A DNA stretch of 62,167 nucleotides, filler included, from Rhabdomonas costata (Eukaryota), in the NCBI GenBank assembly GCA_019059605.1. It is 31 parts of 31 records of this genome, joined end to end, with 100 filler letters (N's around TTAATTAATTAA, not from the genome) between each part and the next. Parts side by side here need not be neighbours in the genome. Positions count along the whole stretch, not along the records: positions 10,048 to 11,946 come from JAHMHO010007494.1; positions 12,047 to 13,955 come from JAHMHO010007495.1; positions 14,056 to 15,970 come from JAHMHO010007496.1; positions 16,071 to 17,980 come from JAHMHO010007497.1; positions 18,081 to 19,989 come from JAHMHO010007498.1; positions 20,090 to 21,994 come from JAHMHO010007499.1; positions 22,095 to 24,003 come from JAHMHO010007500.1; 24 more parts are not named here. One strand, 5' to 3'. A program made the translations under genes and the position numbers. The notes under the pieces were generated by a model. It saw only the letters and a list, made by a program, of their open reading frames with translations. It did no database searches and was not told where the DNA came from. Positions 9,948 through 22,292 of the stretch are shown here, one piece after another. Every line of letters begins with the position of its first letter. Positions within the stretch are counted from its first letter, which is position 1.

Positions 9948-12900
9948 NNNNNNNNNNNNNNNNNNNNNNNNNNNNNNNNNNNNNNNNNNNNTTAATTAAT
10001 TAANNNNNNNNNNNNNNNNNNNNNNNNNNNNNNNNNNNNNNNNNNNNAGATGTCTTCGCTGCGCGTCGCTACGCTTCAACATCCTCGACGCGGAGACACT
10101 AAGAGAACCCCAATTCAGAACTCAAATACCGAACCCATGAACCCAACTCAGAAATCCGAAGACCAGAGCCCAAAAACCCCGATACACAAATACCCAAAGC
10201 ACGAAATCACCACCAGGATGCATCCCTACTGGCGGTGCCCTGATGTTTACTCCGGATCCACCCACTACGTGACTGCATCCTGCGTGCCATCCAATTGGAT
10301 TGGACGGAGAAGCTGGATAAGGCGGGATGTTTCCTGCTGTTCCTACGCGGCAATACAGGACAAACTGGCGGATGTTCGTGGCGCGCGTTTGAAGGCAAAC
10401 CACGCACCGTGTGACGCTGCTGTGTGTTCTCTCATAATCTGAACCGTTGCTCTAAAACATTCGGGTCCACCCAGGACCCAGGATGAGGTACTTCTGGTAT
10501 ATACCTTTGGGTATGATAAGCTGGAACCACAAAGGCCAAAAACTGCACTATCAATTCTATCAATTGTAAATGAAAAGGCGTCCACAAAGCACACCGAAAT
10601 TGCCCATAGATGGCGTCCAGCGAGGCTCTAAACATCATTGCGGAACACACAGTGCCAGCATACAGTGCTGAATTAGTACTGCTGCTCTACATTCTGATCT
10701 CTCCTGGCCTTACGGACTTATGTGACCAAGGCTATAAACACCGCATTGTTGGCAAGTTAACACCTGGTTACTTTGGAGGCTTCCTTGGTATGCTAGATGC
10801 GTTTGTGTTTACTGTGGTATTGCCAGGTAACATATAGAGACCCAACCGTAGCCAATGATGTAGTGAGCGTGAGATGTCAAGATGTACTGCTATGCATTGA
10901 TGCATTCCCTGGTGGTGTTTACTGTTTGTGTTCGTGTTGGTATTCTGATGGATTGATGGCTAAGATGTGAGAATTGACAAGATGCCAAAGATATCGCACT
11001 GCAGTTCGTACAGCTTTGCTATGATCATGAAAGAATGGGACGTATTGCCAGTTTTAAGTTTATTACAAAAAACCTTTTCAAAGAGGAGACGCTACAATTA
11101 TTAATACTACAAAGATTTGGATAGAGAAGTTTGATTTTCACGTCTGCTGTTGCAAAAAAATGTTTTCAGCTGGTGAATTTATGCGGTTGACCAACCGTGC
11201 TTCCGAAAGCAGTTTGCTTACAGATATAGATCCAGTGCAAGTGAAGTTAACTATTAACTTTGATGCGAGTATTTTCCTCGGAGTTGCTGTGGTTTTATGG
11301 GAATTTTTGTGAGGAACTCTCACTTTGGCGACAAACCGGCCATATTTGTAACAACTAATTGACATAATTTTACATGTCACATCAGGTATTTTTGTGGGAT
11401 GTAAATTTTGGCTTATAGTAATGTGGTTTCAAAATTAGTTTTTGGTCTAATACGGTAGAAAATTTAAAAACAACATTATAAATGTAGAAGGAAATTGTTC
11501 CATGTGTTCGGTGGTGTTTGGTACATTTAATCAAAAAGTGTTGACATACGGTTACCTAATGATAATCACTGTGTGGCATATACACTAGCGATACTGACAA
11601 CAAACCCAGAAGTTTCTAAGGTGGCTGTAAATCTAAGAAATTTAGTCAACGCCACCAGGAACCTACCTCCGGAAACGCTGTAACACATGGTTTTAACATT
11701 GAGCGTCAAACATCTCCGCTTTGCAGAGCAAGTGGGATGGCACGGGTAAAATAATGACAACAACATGGAAGCACAAGCAGCGCATCCAGAAGTATTTTAA
11801 CACGCCTAGAGCAGGTTTGCAAAAAAAAACCCAAGCCGATAATCAACGGAGTTGCGGAGATGCAACCCATTTTGCCACAAGATGGATATTGACCAGAATT
11901 TATTTCGGCAATTGTTTTGTCGTAACTAGGTGACTCACCCAAACAANNNNNNNNNNNNNNNNNNNNNNNNNNNNNNNNNNNNNNNNNNNNTTAATTAATT
12001 AANNNNNNNNNNNNNNNNNNNNNNNNNNNNNNNNNNNNNNNNNNNNACCTGCTGCCCTGTTTTGTGCCCCTCCATTATTGTGACTTCAACGACATTCTTC
12101 TCCTTCCATGAAAGTCTCATCAAAAAAGCTCTTCAAAGTTTACGAGCTTTTGGGAAGGTCTTGCAGTGCCCTTACAGTGCACTATACTGAAAACGTCTTG
12201 GTAAAAAAGAAAGGGTTCTAGTTCGGCTTTGCCCCCCCCCTCCCGCAGCAGTTCGGCTGAGGCACCCCTAGGCAAGAGGGAAGGCACCACACCATCATCA
12301 CTTAGTCCCACCTTCATTGGAATTCGGGTATTGCCCTTGCAGGGGTTAGGAGGCCATGCCTAGGATGGAAGGCGAAGCACGTACGGGGAGTCCTCGTTTG
12401 ACAACGTTGACCCGACTTCCGGCTCCACGTTAAACACGTGCAACGGCTCACGTTTTCGTTGGTGGCATAATTCTACCTCGTCGTATGGTCGTCTGTTGGC
12501 AGGGGCGTTGTGTACCTTCAATCCCTACCAGGGGGGGGGAGGTGCCGTCTCCCGTTGCCCGGGTCCACGCGAGGGCAACCACAACAACAAACAAAGGGGG
12601 AGCGGGGAGCGTATTGCCAAACTGTTGCCAAAGAAAGACAAATGAATAAAACACCTTTAATTCCGTACAGAAGAACTGTTGTCAGACAAAGCAAACGCAG
12701 CATGCACGCGTCGGACCCCAACTCTCCAATGAGAGTCACCACCGTCGAAAACTCAATCCTACGTGAATTTATTTGCCTTATGTCGCGTGATTCAAGAGAA
12801 TAGTTGCTCTGATATTTGATTTCCAAGAACTTGTGCTAGTTGTAAATTTTTAAAAGTTTTATTTGTGGGGGCAACGTCAAATTAGGCACTTAATTGACGC

Positions 12901-13864
12901 ACTGTTGAAAGCAAAAAGGGGAACGCTTGCTGTTTATCTTTTTGGTCGATGGTGGTGCAGTTATAAATATATACGATCCTTTTTATAGGAGGGCGAAGCT
13001 TTTTTCAGTTTTGTTCAGTGCAGCTTTTGGTCAGCTCCACCTCGAGCCCGCGGTCTGCCCCCCCCCCCACGGTGAGCACTCTAATTAGAACGTAAATCCA
13101 GACTTGAGGTTCTCCAGGCTGAGATCCAAACTCCATTCCGCGGTTGACACGAAGCCGTTTTTTGTTCGCAAACTGACCTTAGGATGGCACGCAAAGGTCA
13201 TTGCTTTTTTCTTGAAAATTCAGGACATCCCGGCGGAAAAAATGAACAAGACAAACAGAGGAAAGACCGAATGCAATGCAATTAGTTGAGTCGGTACAAC
13301 GAAGGCTGAGAGGGCAACACGGAAGTGCTTCCTCGAGGATTTTGCCGAGGAAAAGTCACCGGAGGACATGGAAAGACAGCAAATTTCAAATTTTTTATTT
13401 TTGGCAAATTGAGTGCTGTTGTGGCTGAGCGCTGAAAAGCAACGACGGGCAAGACTGCCGAGGATGGACAAACACAGAACAAACCGAAATAAAACAGAAA
13501 GTGCTCGCAGAACATCAGGTAATTCTGAAGGGAGGGGAAGCCTTCTGTCGCCATAACGGCACGAGCAAGCTGCACCCCAGCCCTATAGCGCAATTCCTTG
13601 GAATGAATCACGTTTCTTGCTGAGCCATAGCAGCCTTCACCGTTGATCGGGTAAACGGATCTTCGACAAAAGTCCATTATAGCGCGCCTGCAAGACGTGT
13701 TGCCGACTCTGTTCTCTTTTTCACCAACTGAGCAACGATCCGGTGATTGCTACGCAATGATGAAGAATTATTTTGTCTTTATTCATTTCATTGCAGCTGA
13801 TTTTTATTAGTACCTGAATTTTTGCGAGATGGTTTGTGACGACTGCGCCAAAAAGAAGAGGGGC

Positions 13865-13948
13865 GTGATTGCTCCTGACAAGTGGAAAGATGGCGCCGCC
13901 AACACAACGGAGAGCGGCGGCATCTTTCCACTTGTCAGGAGCAATCAC
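13865..13948. repeat. Terminal inverted repeat (fold-back chimera), 28-bp arms
   Basis: GTGATTGCTCCTGACAAGTGGAAAGATG (13865-13892) is the reverse complement of 13921-13948. A C/A tail and the contig end follow. Confidence 0.85.
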
Positions 13949-14304
13949 ACCCACANNNNNNNNNNNNNNNNNNNNNNNNNNNNNNNNNNNNNNNNNNNNT
14001 TAATTAATTAANNNNNNNNNNNNNNNNNNNNNNNNNNNNNNNNNNNNNNNNNNNNTGTGTTGGGTGTGGTTGTGCTGGCGGCGGAGGCTCCACTACTGGA
14101 GTTGCTGAGAAGGGTGAGCCATGACATTGTCGAGGTGTGGAGAGTTGTGACTTGCACCTGAAGTTGGCCTTTTGTGGTGTGTGTGTGTGTGTGTGTGTGT
14201 GTGTTGAACGAGAGTTATAGTGGGGAGGAAATCGGCTTTTGGGGAACTGCTGGAGGGACGTGAAGTTGAATAAATGAGCCGGTGGGCAAAAATGAAACGT
14301 GCCA

Positions 14305-14357
14305 AATGGAGATAAATAGCGCTAAATGGCGATAAATGGCGATAAATGGCGATAAAT
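14305..14357 (+). repeat. 10-bp tandem repeat (TAAATGGCGA)
   Basis: Three perfect copies plus two degenerate copies. Confidence 0.8.
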
Positions 14358-14520
14358 TTCGTTTTTGACAGTCTTTGCAGGGAAGATCTTGTCGACATCC
14401 TTCCACATTGCATTCCCACACACGCATTTTTTTCCGTCTGCGTGGTTCAAAGGTCCCTCTACATGCAAGCTCTGCAACCAGGGATAACAGGGTCTGCGAC
14501 ATCTGGCCCCCTTCATACAG

Positions 14521-15345
14521 GGCGAGGAACTGGAAGATATTTTGGATGAGCTGGCCCTGGAGCACCTGGACCGTAAGCTTCAGGCCGACTCACAGCTGCT
14601 GGCGGACGCCCACACCTTGCCCGTGTCTATCTGCCGGCTCAGCCCCACACAAGCCGCGGTCCAGGGCAACGTAGCTTCCCCCACGGCGGCCCAGGTGGGC
14701 CGAGCTGCCGTCCTCATTGGGCTTAGCCCAGTGGTGATGTGGTTCGAGTGCCCGCCCAGCGAGCCGGTACACCCTCGCCATGCGTGTGATTTCCAGCCAA
14801 ACTTTTCCCCCTCATTTGGTTTCTGGGGTTCTGGGCTTTGTTTATGTTGCAATGGTATTTGGCAATCTCAATCCCAATGCCCTTTCTCTCTCTCCTGTAC
14901 CCTTGTCTTCATTCGCGATAAGAAGCCGAGCTTGTTCGATTCGTTCGCCTTGCTTCATTCCTTTCACCCCCCCCCCCCTTTTTTTTTTTTGCATCTTTCA
15001 CTCTTTTCGCATCTGTCTAGCCCTTTGCTGAATTTTCATCCGCTTGTTTGACATCAGACTTCCGAGGCACATGGAATCTGTGAAATCCTTCTTGTGGGGC
15101 CCGCAGTCGGTGGACCTGCCTCGTCAGCCAGCGGCCTCACAGCCTCGCCAGCCCCTTGCCCGCGGCATCCTGAAGCCGTCCAATGGCGGGGTGGCCCGGA
15201 CGCTCACCGCGTCCAGCAATGGACTGTCCGAAGAGTCCATGGAGACGCCACGTGTGCGGTTTTGTGGGACTGTTGAGGAGAGCGAGGTTGAAGATGTTCC
15301 CTTGGAGGACGAAGCTCCTCAGCCCTCTGCAGTAAAAGGCTGCAG
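14521..15345 (+). CDS. Hypothetical protein, 2 exons, with GILK and RVRF motifs
   Basis: Exon 14521-14694 (GEELEDILDELALEHL..AAQ|GT) joins exon 15107-15345 (SVDLPRQ..RGILKPS..TPRVRFCG..) in phase 0. Both have GC3-rich codon usage. Confidence 0.55.
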
Positions 15346-16180
15346 GTGTGCGTTTGTGTGTGTGGGGGGGGGGACCCTGAGAGGATGAGAAACGCGAGTC
15401 TTCACCCCGAAAAAAAAACACCCTGGTTAAGTGCGTGTGTGTGTATGTGGCCTTTGTGAACTGTTATCGCAAGTGTTGCTGCTGACAGTCAGTGATGGGC
15501 GCTGTGGCAACGGCACTGAAGAACCAATGTCCCCAACCAGGCATCTGCTAGCCTCCGTGTTTCACAGGGGAAGCCCTGGTTGGGGGGGGGGCAGAGTTGT
15601 CTTCATCATCGCGCCGACCAGCGTGGTAGACCGTGAACATGGGGTCCGATAGATTTTGGAGCAGGGTGCCTCAAAGTATCCTTTCCAGGGTTTACGATCC
15701 CAGTAAGTGTGTTTGTGTGTTAGCGTATGTCCGTCCCGATGAACATCATGCACCCTGCATGATTTCAACTACAATGCCTCCTTACCCCGTGCTTGCATTA
15801 CCACATTTCCACACGACTCATATGTCTCTTTGGTTGCGTGTGTGCGTCAGTGTGCTGGTGCTTTGCACTTTGCTGCTGGGTTCCGGTTCCAAAACATTGC
15901 GGAATGGTTGTGGCCCGCTCCTATCTGTCAGAGTGGACCAGCAGCAGCAGAGTGCAAAGCACCAACACAANNNNNNNNNNNNNNNNNNNNNNNNNNNNNN
16001 NNNNNNNNNNNNNNTTAATTAATTAANNNNNNNNNNNNNNNNNNNNNNNNNNNNNNNNNNNNNNNNNNNNTGTTTTTTTTAAATCGTTAAGTTGTTCTCC
16101 TCTCTCTCACTCACTTTCTTCGCGAAAATGAACTTGTTGATTGGGTTATTATTCGTTGTCTCGGAAATGCTCAGAAGCTA

Positions 16181-17497
<1,317 letters not shown>

Positions 17498-18910
17498 TTA
17501 CAAACAAAAGCGCAGAAACGGGACCGGGTCCGCAGCCGCGCGGATAAGAGGATGGAAAAGTGTAGCACGTAATATGGGGGGGGGGGTCTGGTTGCAAAAT
17601 ATTATTTTATGGGATTGCAGCGGGGGAGTTCTGCAACAGCTGGGGTTTGGCACAAACAACAATAAACACAAAGCAGCACGAACCCCAAGATAATTTTGGT
17701 TCAATCTGCTACCCAACCACTTTTTTCCGTACCGGCCCCTGCCGTTTTGGACTATCCTCCACCCATTCCATTTCTGACCCTCACATTCCTATCCTGCTTC
17801 AGTCTTTGCATTTTCATTAATTTTTTGCTTTGTCGTCTTTGTTTCTTATGTGTTTAGCTCACCCCTGCTATCTCTCGCGTTCCTTCCTGTAAATTGTTTG
17901 TTTTTAGTGTTACACTCTTCCCGCACTCTGGTGCCTGTGCCGCAGTGCCGTGAAATTATTTCATTCTGTCCCCCACAACANNNNNNNNNNNNNNNNNNNN
18001 NNNNNNNNNNNNNNNNNNNNNNNNTTAATTAATTAANNNNNNNNNNNNNNNNNNNNNNNNNNNNNNNNNNNNNNNNNNNNCATTGCGCAGTCCCATTGCA
18101 TCCACAATCCAAAATAAACCGGCGGGTGCTCAAGCAGAGGACGCCTAAAATGGCAAAGAAGTGCACAACAAGACGAAAAAGGAAGAAAACCAAAGAATTT
18201 CTACAAGCCCAGAATAAAAACCGAAAGCAAAGCTCTTCACTGGATATGTCGCTTCATCCCAAATTTGTCACCGCTTTATCACTTACGAAGATACGCAGCG
18301 TGAGTCTCCTCGTCATCCTTTTGCTGCGCTTCATCTGGTGAAACAAAAGGACACCAAGAGTTGACAACTAAGACTACGTGCTTCTGATTGAACTGAGCCA
18401 CCGCAGTTTTCTCTTCCTTGGTGGATTTTGTCTCGCTAGGTGCGGCACCGATTCTTCCGTTGGACTGAGCGGCCTCCGAATGCCCTTATCTTCAACATGG
18501 ACCACATTCAGAGCCGATATATATCCTTTCTCCAACTTTAGCTCAACCTTTTAACAGAAAAGGATCTCAGAAAAGAATCTCAAGTCCAATATATCTCAAG
18601 CAACCAAAGAGAAGGTTTGCGCCGAACTTGTGGAAAACAACCAGGTTCAGGGAACGCGCACACACTTATACAGAGATTTAGCTGAGGTGGATACACGTTC
18701 TTCTGTAGGCTTTTTACCACCTGAGGATGTGGATAACTTTAGCCTGTCTCCGTCACCTGCAGTATTTGGTTTGCTCTGCTACGCCTCTGTCTTTATCCCC
18801 TCGCTAGTTGGAGTTGATTCTTCACCTTTGGGATCTGAGCGCCTGCTCTGGGAGTGGATTTATGCGGGATCCTCCGTGTAATATTCCCACTCTGTACCTT
18901 AAAGACTCCA

Positions 18911-19059
18911 TTGCTACCACGTGTCAACGTGGTAGACTTTTCCTTTCACGCTGTGCTCAACCTTGACTTGAGACAACACATCCGCTACCACGTTTCAAAG
19001 TGGTACTTTTCTTGATCACTGCGCTCGGCATCTTTATCAAACCTTTGCTACCACGTGTC
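18911..19059. repeat. Three spaced degenerate direct repeats with an internal palindrome
   Basis: TTGCTACCACGTGTCAACGTGGTAGACTTTT at 18911, GCTACCACGTTTCAAAGTGGTACTTTT at 18984, and a half copy TTGCTACCACGTGTC at 19045. Confidence 0.7.
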
Positions 19060-19089
19060 GCACGCTTTAGTTGTACCCTTCCTACGTTT

Positions 19090-19479
19090 TTTGAGTCTTA
19101 CAATTGCCAGAACCTGTTACTAAATCCAAAAAAAATAGAGGGCGTTAACACCATGACTGTGATGGTCGCGTTTCACGCGCTGGAAAAACGCTCTGCAAAC
19201 CAACAGCCGTACCATCGCAACATTAACTATCATCTCACACGGTAGAAAATTATGACCAACTTCGCGGTGCATAGGTCTATGCGTACTCCTGAATGAATCG
19301 CCATGCCTCAGCGCTGTCAGGAACAGTGGGCGAACAAAAGATTCGAGCGATAACCTTGTCACTTCACAAATGCGCAAGCCCAATGCCAGGAGGCTGTAAA
19401 ACCCAACGTTCCAGTTGCATTTAAGATTCTTATCTTCGACGCTAGCCATGACAGCAGCGAAGGCAGCAACTTCTGCAGA
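19090..19479 (-). pseudogene. Possible decayed tyrosine recombinase (mobile-element relic)
   Basis: SAEVAAF..FYSLLALGLRICEVTRLSLESF resembles tyrosine-recombinase box I (LLxxGxRxxExxxL). It is bounded by in-frame stops, and the HxxR and catalytic Tyr motifs are not cleanly recoverable. Confidence 0.35.
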
Positions 19480-20883
19480 CTAGAACATCACCAAACTATA
19501 CATTGGCATTACGTAGTTGTTACACTACCACAATGGCGTAGGTGTGACTCCGGTACCACGACCTCCACCGCTTGGTTGGGGTGGGTTTCAATTGTAGATG
19601 GAGTTGTGGTGGCCACTGAGCTTACATTACGCTACCACTACAAACAATAGCATCTATTAGTACATTTCTGATACTAGTGTAACAATGCCCCTAGGTTTGT
19701 AATACGTATAGCTACTATAGTGTTGTGGGCCATTTGAAGTGTGTCCAACATGTACGTCAAGGGCTCACTATATACATTTTCAGTGGCGTGCTACTAAGCT
19801 CCATCGTTTTTAACTTCATCACGTGATGGACTCTGAAACGACTAGCATGCAGTACCACTGGCGTGGTTGATAGCTTTTGACTTAGAAGGAATTATGAATA
19901 CTTGATCACTTGTGCTACGTCGTGTGATGTCACAGATCTACATACCACCAAAGACAACGTGAACCCAACTCCAACCCCATCATATACCANNNNNNNNNNN
20001 NNNNNNNNNNNNNNNNNNNNNNNNNNNNNNNNNTTAATTAATTAANNNNNNNNNNNNNNNNNNNNNNNNNNNNNNNNNNNNNNNNNNNNAAAACATAAAC
20101 AAAGCAACATCAAAATTTGGAGACAGCTGCACTGTTTTACGTGATCAGAATCGGATGGGAGGGGGGGATGCAGAGAGGTTGTAGCCTTTTGGGAACCAGT
20201 GGTGACCAATTCCAACTGAATTACTGATAAAAATGACAGCAGTGCTTCTTTTTTGTCTACTAGATGAGAGGTAGGTGAACTGTGCCAGCATTCTTGCACT
20301 GATTGTATGTGAAATGTGAAACTGCGATCTCAGATCACCCCCCCCCACACACACACATCCACATAGCTGGGCGTCGAACCCCATTTTTTCTTTGTCTTTT
20401 TGAATTCCGTCCGGATTTAAAGCCTCGCGCAAAGGATCGCTAAAAGGTGGTTGTACCCAATGTTCACCCAAAACAAGTGTCACACGGATGCGATTCATTT
20501 CAAGCTGGATTCCCATTTTCTTGAAATTTCTCGAATTCAGAACCCCCAGATTTCAGTGCGATATATTTTTCTTGGGGGGGTGGTGTTGCGGAAGACGTCG
20601 TCCCCACGAGCGGTCTGTGCAAGAGCCATGCAAAAATAAGCTCACCGGAGGTGTGAGGGGTTTCTATGGGTGTGAATCTCCACACATACCCAGGCACTTG
20701 GGTGTACACCCCGGACTTCAAAGTTATAATTACAATGTTTGGAAGACAGACCCCAACAACGATGCAAATCTTGGCAACTGAATCAACAGTGGCTGTTAAA
20801 GCAGCCACCTGCAAGGCACCATGTCGAGAATACACAGAGGAGGGCACCACGTTTGAGCGTGTCGAAAAGGATGGATGCTCTAC

Positions 20884-21958
20884 CGCGCCGCGCAGCGGAG
20901 GTCCACCAGAGTAGCTTCGGCACGTTGAACTTTGTCCGCTTCAGGATGATCGAGCGCCTGCAATTTCCACCGCATGCACGCACGCTAGATACGGAAAAGA
21001 TATCACACCCACCAAGTCATTGATGTCCCAGCCCTCCCAAGCGAAGTGGTAGTTGTAATGAAAGACTGCACCTTGCACCTGAAGGATTCCTAAAAGGAAA
21101 AAAGCATCAGAGGCATCCAAAGTTCCCCAAGCCCAGACCGAGTAAGTTAGCTGACTGGTTTTGATCCAGGGTCCCAAAGTAAATTATAAGAACATAAATC
21201 GGTGTTCATGAATTCAGCAGGTGCGCAACCTATAGCTTTCAACAACATTCCTGTGCCCTCTTTTGGATGCACGTGGATTGTGAGTGTGCATGTGTGGATG
21301 TGGTAGGATGTTTGCGTACCCCGGCGAAGACCGTCTCAGCCCATTGCGGGTCCACCGTATCCAAGCAGTACAGCAGGCTCTCGGCCAGGGGTCGCATCAG
21401 CATCTCGGACTCCTCCTGCTTTTCAGAGCATTCAAACTCGGACTTCAGGACCAGGCGGTAAATTGTCCCATCCTGCGAGGCGTCATGTGGGCCATCAACG
21501 TTTTCGCGCTCGAAAGCTCAGCCCACGGCAAACTGAGGATGGAAAACTAGTGACCGGTCGCTGTTGGCTGCTGCGGAGATCGTTGGTCAAGCCCCATTCA
21601 ATTCAGTCTGCTTGCGACACATACCCACACCCGGAGTCGGATCAGTGCTGCGGCGCGAACGAATTGTCTGAGTTTGCGTTGCATCTGAAAGCCTCATCAG
21701 TGATGAATAAACCGACAAGCGGCCGAGAGTTTCCACAATATACTCTCCGTTTTCTACCAGAATTCAAACGCTGACCTTGCATCGGCCGACACGACCCCGC
21801 CGCTGCCTGGCGGACTGCTCGCTGATCCACCGCTCTTCCAAAGAGTCCAGCTCCAGGGCGTCATCCCACCGCATGTCCTTGGTCACGCAAAAGTCCAGCA
21901 CCACATCGACGTCAGGGATGGTCAGCGAGGACTCCGCCACCTTCGTCGCCAGAATGAC
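20884..21958 (-). CDS. DExH-box RNA helicase, Spindle-E/TDRD9-like, 3 internal exons
   Basis: Exons 21958-21776 (VILATKVAESSLTIPDVDVVLDFCVTK..WISEQSARQRRGRVGRCK, motifs V and VI), 21472-21320 (DGTIYRLV..EMLMRPLAESLL..) and 20957-~20884 (ALDHPEADKVQRAEATLVDLRC). All are GT-AG with phase 0 junctions. Confidence 0.88.
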
Positions 21959-22292
21959 CTGCATTCAATACCCCCAAGGATACACACCCCACCCNNNNNN
22001 NNNNNNNNNNNNNNNNNNNNNNNNNNNNNNNNNNNNNNTTAATTAATTAANNNNNNNNNNNNNNNNNNNNNNNNNNNNNNNNNNNNNNNNNNNNGTGTTG
22101 GGGTTGGGTTTGATGAGAGAAAGAACTGTGTGCTCATACTATACTGGTACACCGTCCGCCCACCTGCACGCGGGTGTGGCAGCACTGATTCTAATTTCTG
22201 TTGTTCTTGGTTGTTTTGTGAATCGGACCAGGGGAAAATGAAAGAGAAAAGAAGCGAATTTTCCTTGCCTGCGTACAAAAAACAAAACTCAG

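Noticed and set aside
18911-19059. CRISPR array
   Set aside because: There are only 2.5 degenerate copies, the context is eukaryotic, and no cas gene is present.
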